Part shown: piece by piece, positions 63,245 through 64,000 of the stretch
Position numbering within the stretch: the first letter of the stretch is position 1
How the letters are laid out: each line of letters begins with the position of its first letter
NCBI GenBank assembly: GCA_963706595.1
Contig: OY970166.1
Coordinates: forward strand, 4,416,001 to 4,480,000
DNA length: 64,000 nt
Source: an uncultured cyanobacterium
Lineage (GTDB): Bacteria; Cyanobacteriota; Cyanobacteriia; Cyanobacteriales; Nostocaceae
Direction: 5' to 3'
The notes under the pieces: generated by a model
The model's database searches: none
Told to the model about the DNA's origin: nothing
Seen by the model: the letters and a program-made list of their open reading frames with translations, nothing else
Made by a program: the position numbers and the translations under genes

Positions 63245-64000
63245 ATGGTAAATACAGTGAATATCACAATATCTCCTACCCAATTTTACACTTGGCAAAA
63301 TTATCGTTGTGCCTACGAATTATATCAACCAGCTAATTCCAGCAGTGAGGGTTTACCTTTACTTCTAATTCATCCGATTGGTGTGGGGTTATCACGGCAA
63401 TTTTGGCAAAGATTTCGTAAGCAATGGTCGAGAAAAGGTTATAAAAATCTTATTTACAATCCTGACTTACTCGGATGTGGTGAAAGTGATATGCCTCGTG
63501 TGGCTTATACTCCTAAAGATTGGGCAGAACAACTAGATTACTTTTTGCAAACAGTAGTAAAACAACCTGTGATAATTGTAGTTCAAGGTGCTTTATTAGC
63601 AGTTGCTATTGAGTTAGTTCAAAAACAATCAAACTTAATTGCTGGAATGATTTTAGCTGGTCCTCCAGCTTGGCCAGTGATTACTAAAAATTCATCAGCA
63701 TTACAGCAAAAAATAGCTTGGAATATTTTTAATTCGCCTGTTGGGAATGCTTTTTATCGCTATGCGCGGACAGAAAAGTTTTTGCGTTCTTTCTCAATTC
63801 GGAAACTTTTTGCTTCTGAAAATGCTGTGGATAAAGAATGGTTAGATATGTTAGTTGCGGGGGCGGAAAATCCTGAAAGTCGCCATGCAGTATTTTCGTT
63901 TTTGGCGGGATTTTGGCGACAGGATTATAGTAGTTATCTTGCTTGTATCAATCAGCCGACATTGGTAGTTTTGGGAGAAACTGCATTGAGTATTAGCAAA
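63245..64000 (+). CDS. Alpha/beta hydrolase fold protein, 3'-truncated (not in ORF track)
   Basis: ATG 63245: MVNTVNITISPTQFYTWQNYRCAY...LLLIHPIGVG...NPDLLGCGESD; frame runs off the window end. Confidence 0.8.
   Translation, partial: MVNTVNITISPTQFYTWQNYRCAYELYQPANSSSEGLPLLLIHPIGVGLSRQFWQRFRKQWSRKGYKNLIYNPDLLGCGESDMPRVAYTPKDWAEQLDYFLQTVVKQPVIIVVQGALLAVAIELVQKQSNLIAGMILAGPPAWPVITKNSSALQQKIAWNIFNSPVGNAFYRYARTEKFLRSFSIRKLFASENAVDKEWLDMLVAGAENPESRHAVFSFLAGFWRQDYSSYLACINQPTLVVLGETALSISK

Overview
Chromosomal window from a filamentous, probably heterocyst-forming (Nostocales-like) cyanobacterium. The assignment rests on HIP1 GCGATCGC octamers, STRR heptamer repeats, psbK/psbM, PAM68 and cphA2/cphB2. 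Bases 1-10 kb hold a surface-polysaccharide cluster (ABC exporter, four GT2s, Wzy-like protein, acetyltransferase) with embedded divergent MurA and MurB paralogues, possibly making a lactyl-ether sugar such as nosturonic acid. Most of the remainder is ordinary housekeeping DNA sprinkled with MITE/REP-like repeats. The standout is a ~6.5 kb minus-strand locus (34.6-40.8 kb): Bell-like protein with a C-terminal Q/N/G motif -> inactive-STAND-like protein with the same motif at its N-terminus (one frameshift) -> MoxR AAA+ ATPase -> membrane vWA-like/FGE-sulfatase (C-type-lectin fold) protein. The 3' end of the last gene is a DGR variable repeat. Its template repeat lies ~190 bp downstream (128 bp, 14 mismatches, 13 at template adenines), but no reverse transcriptase or avd gene is visible in the window. 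This reads as a putative amyloid-coupled ternary conflict system with a hypervariable receptor, served by an RT-less TR cassette. All product calls are from motif recognition by eye; no searches were run.
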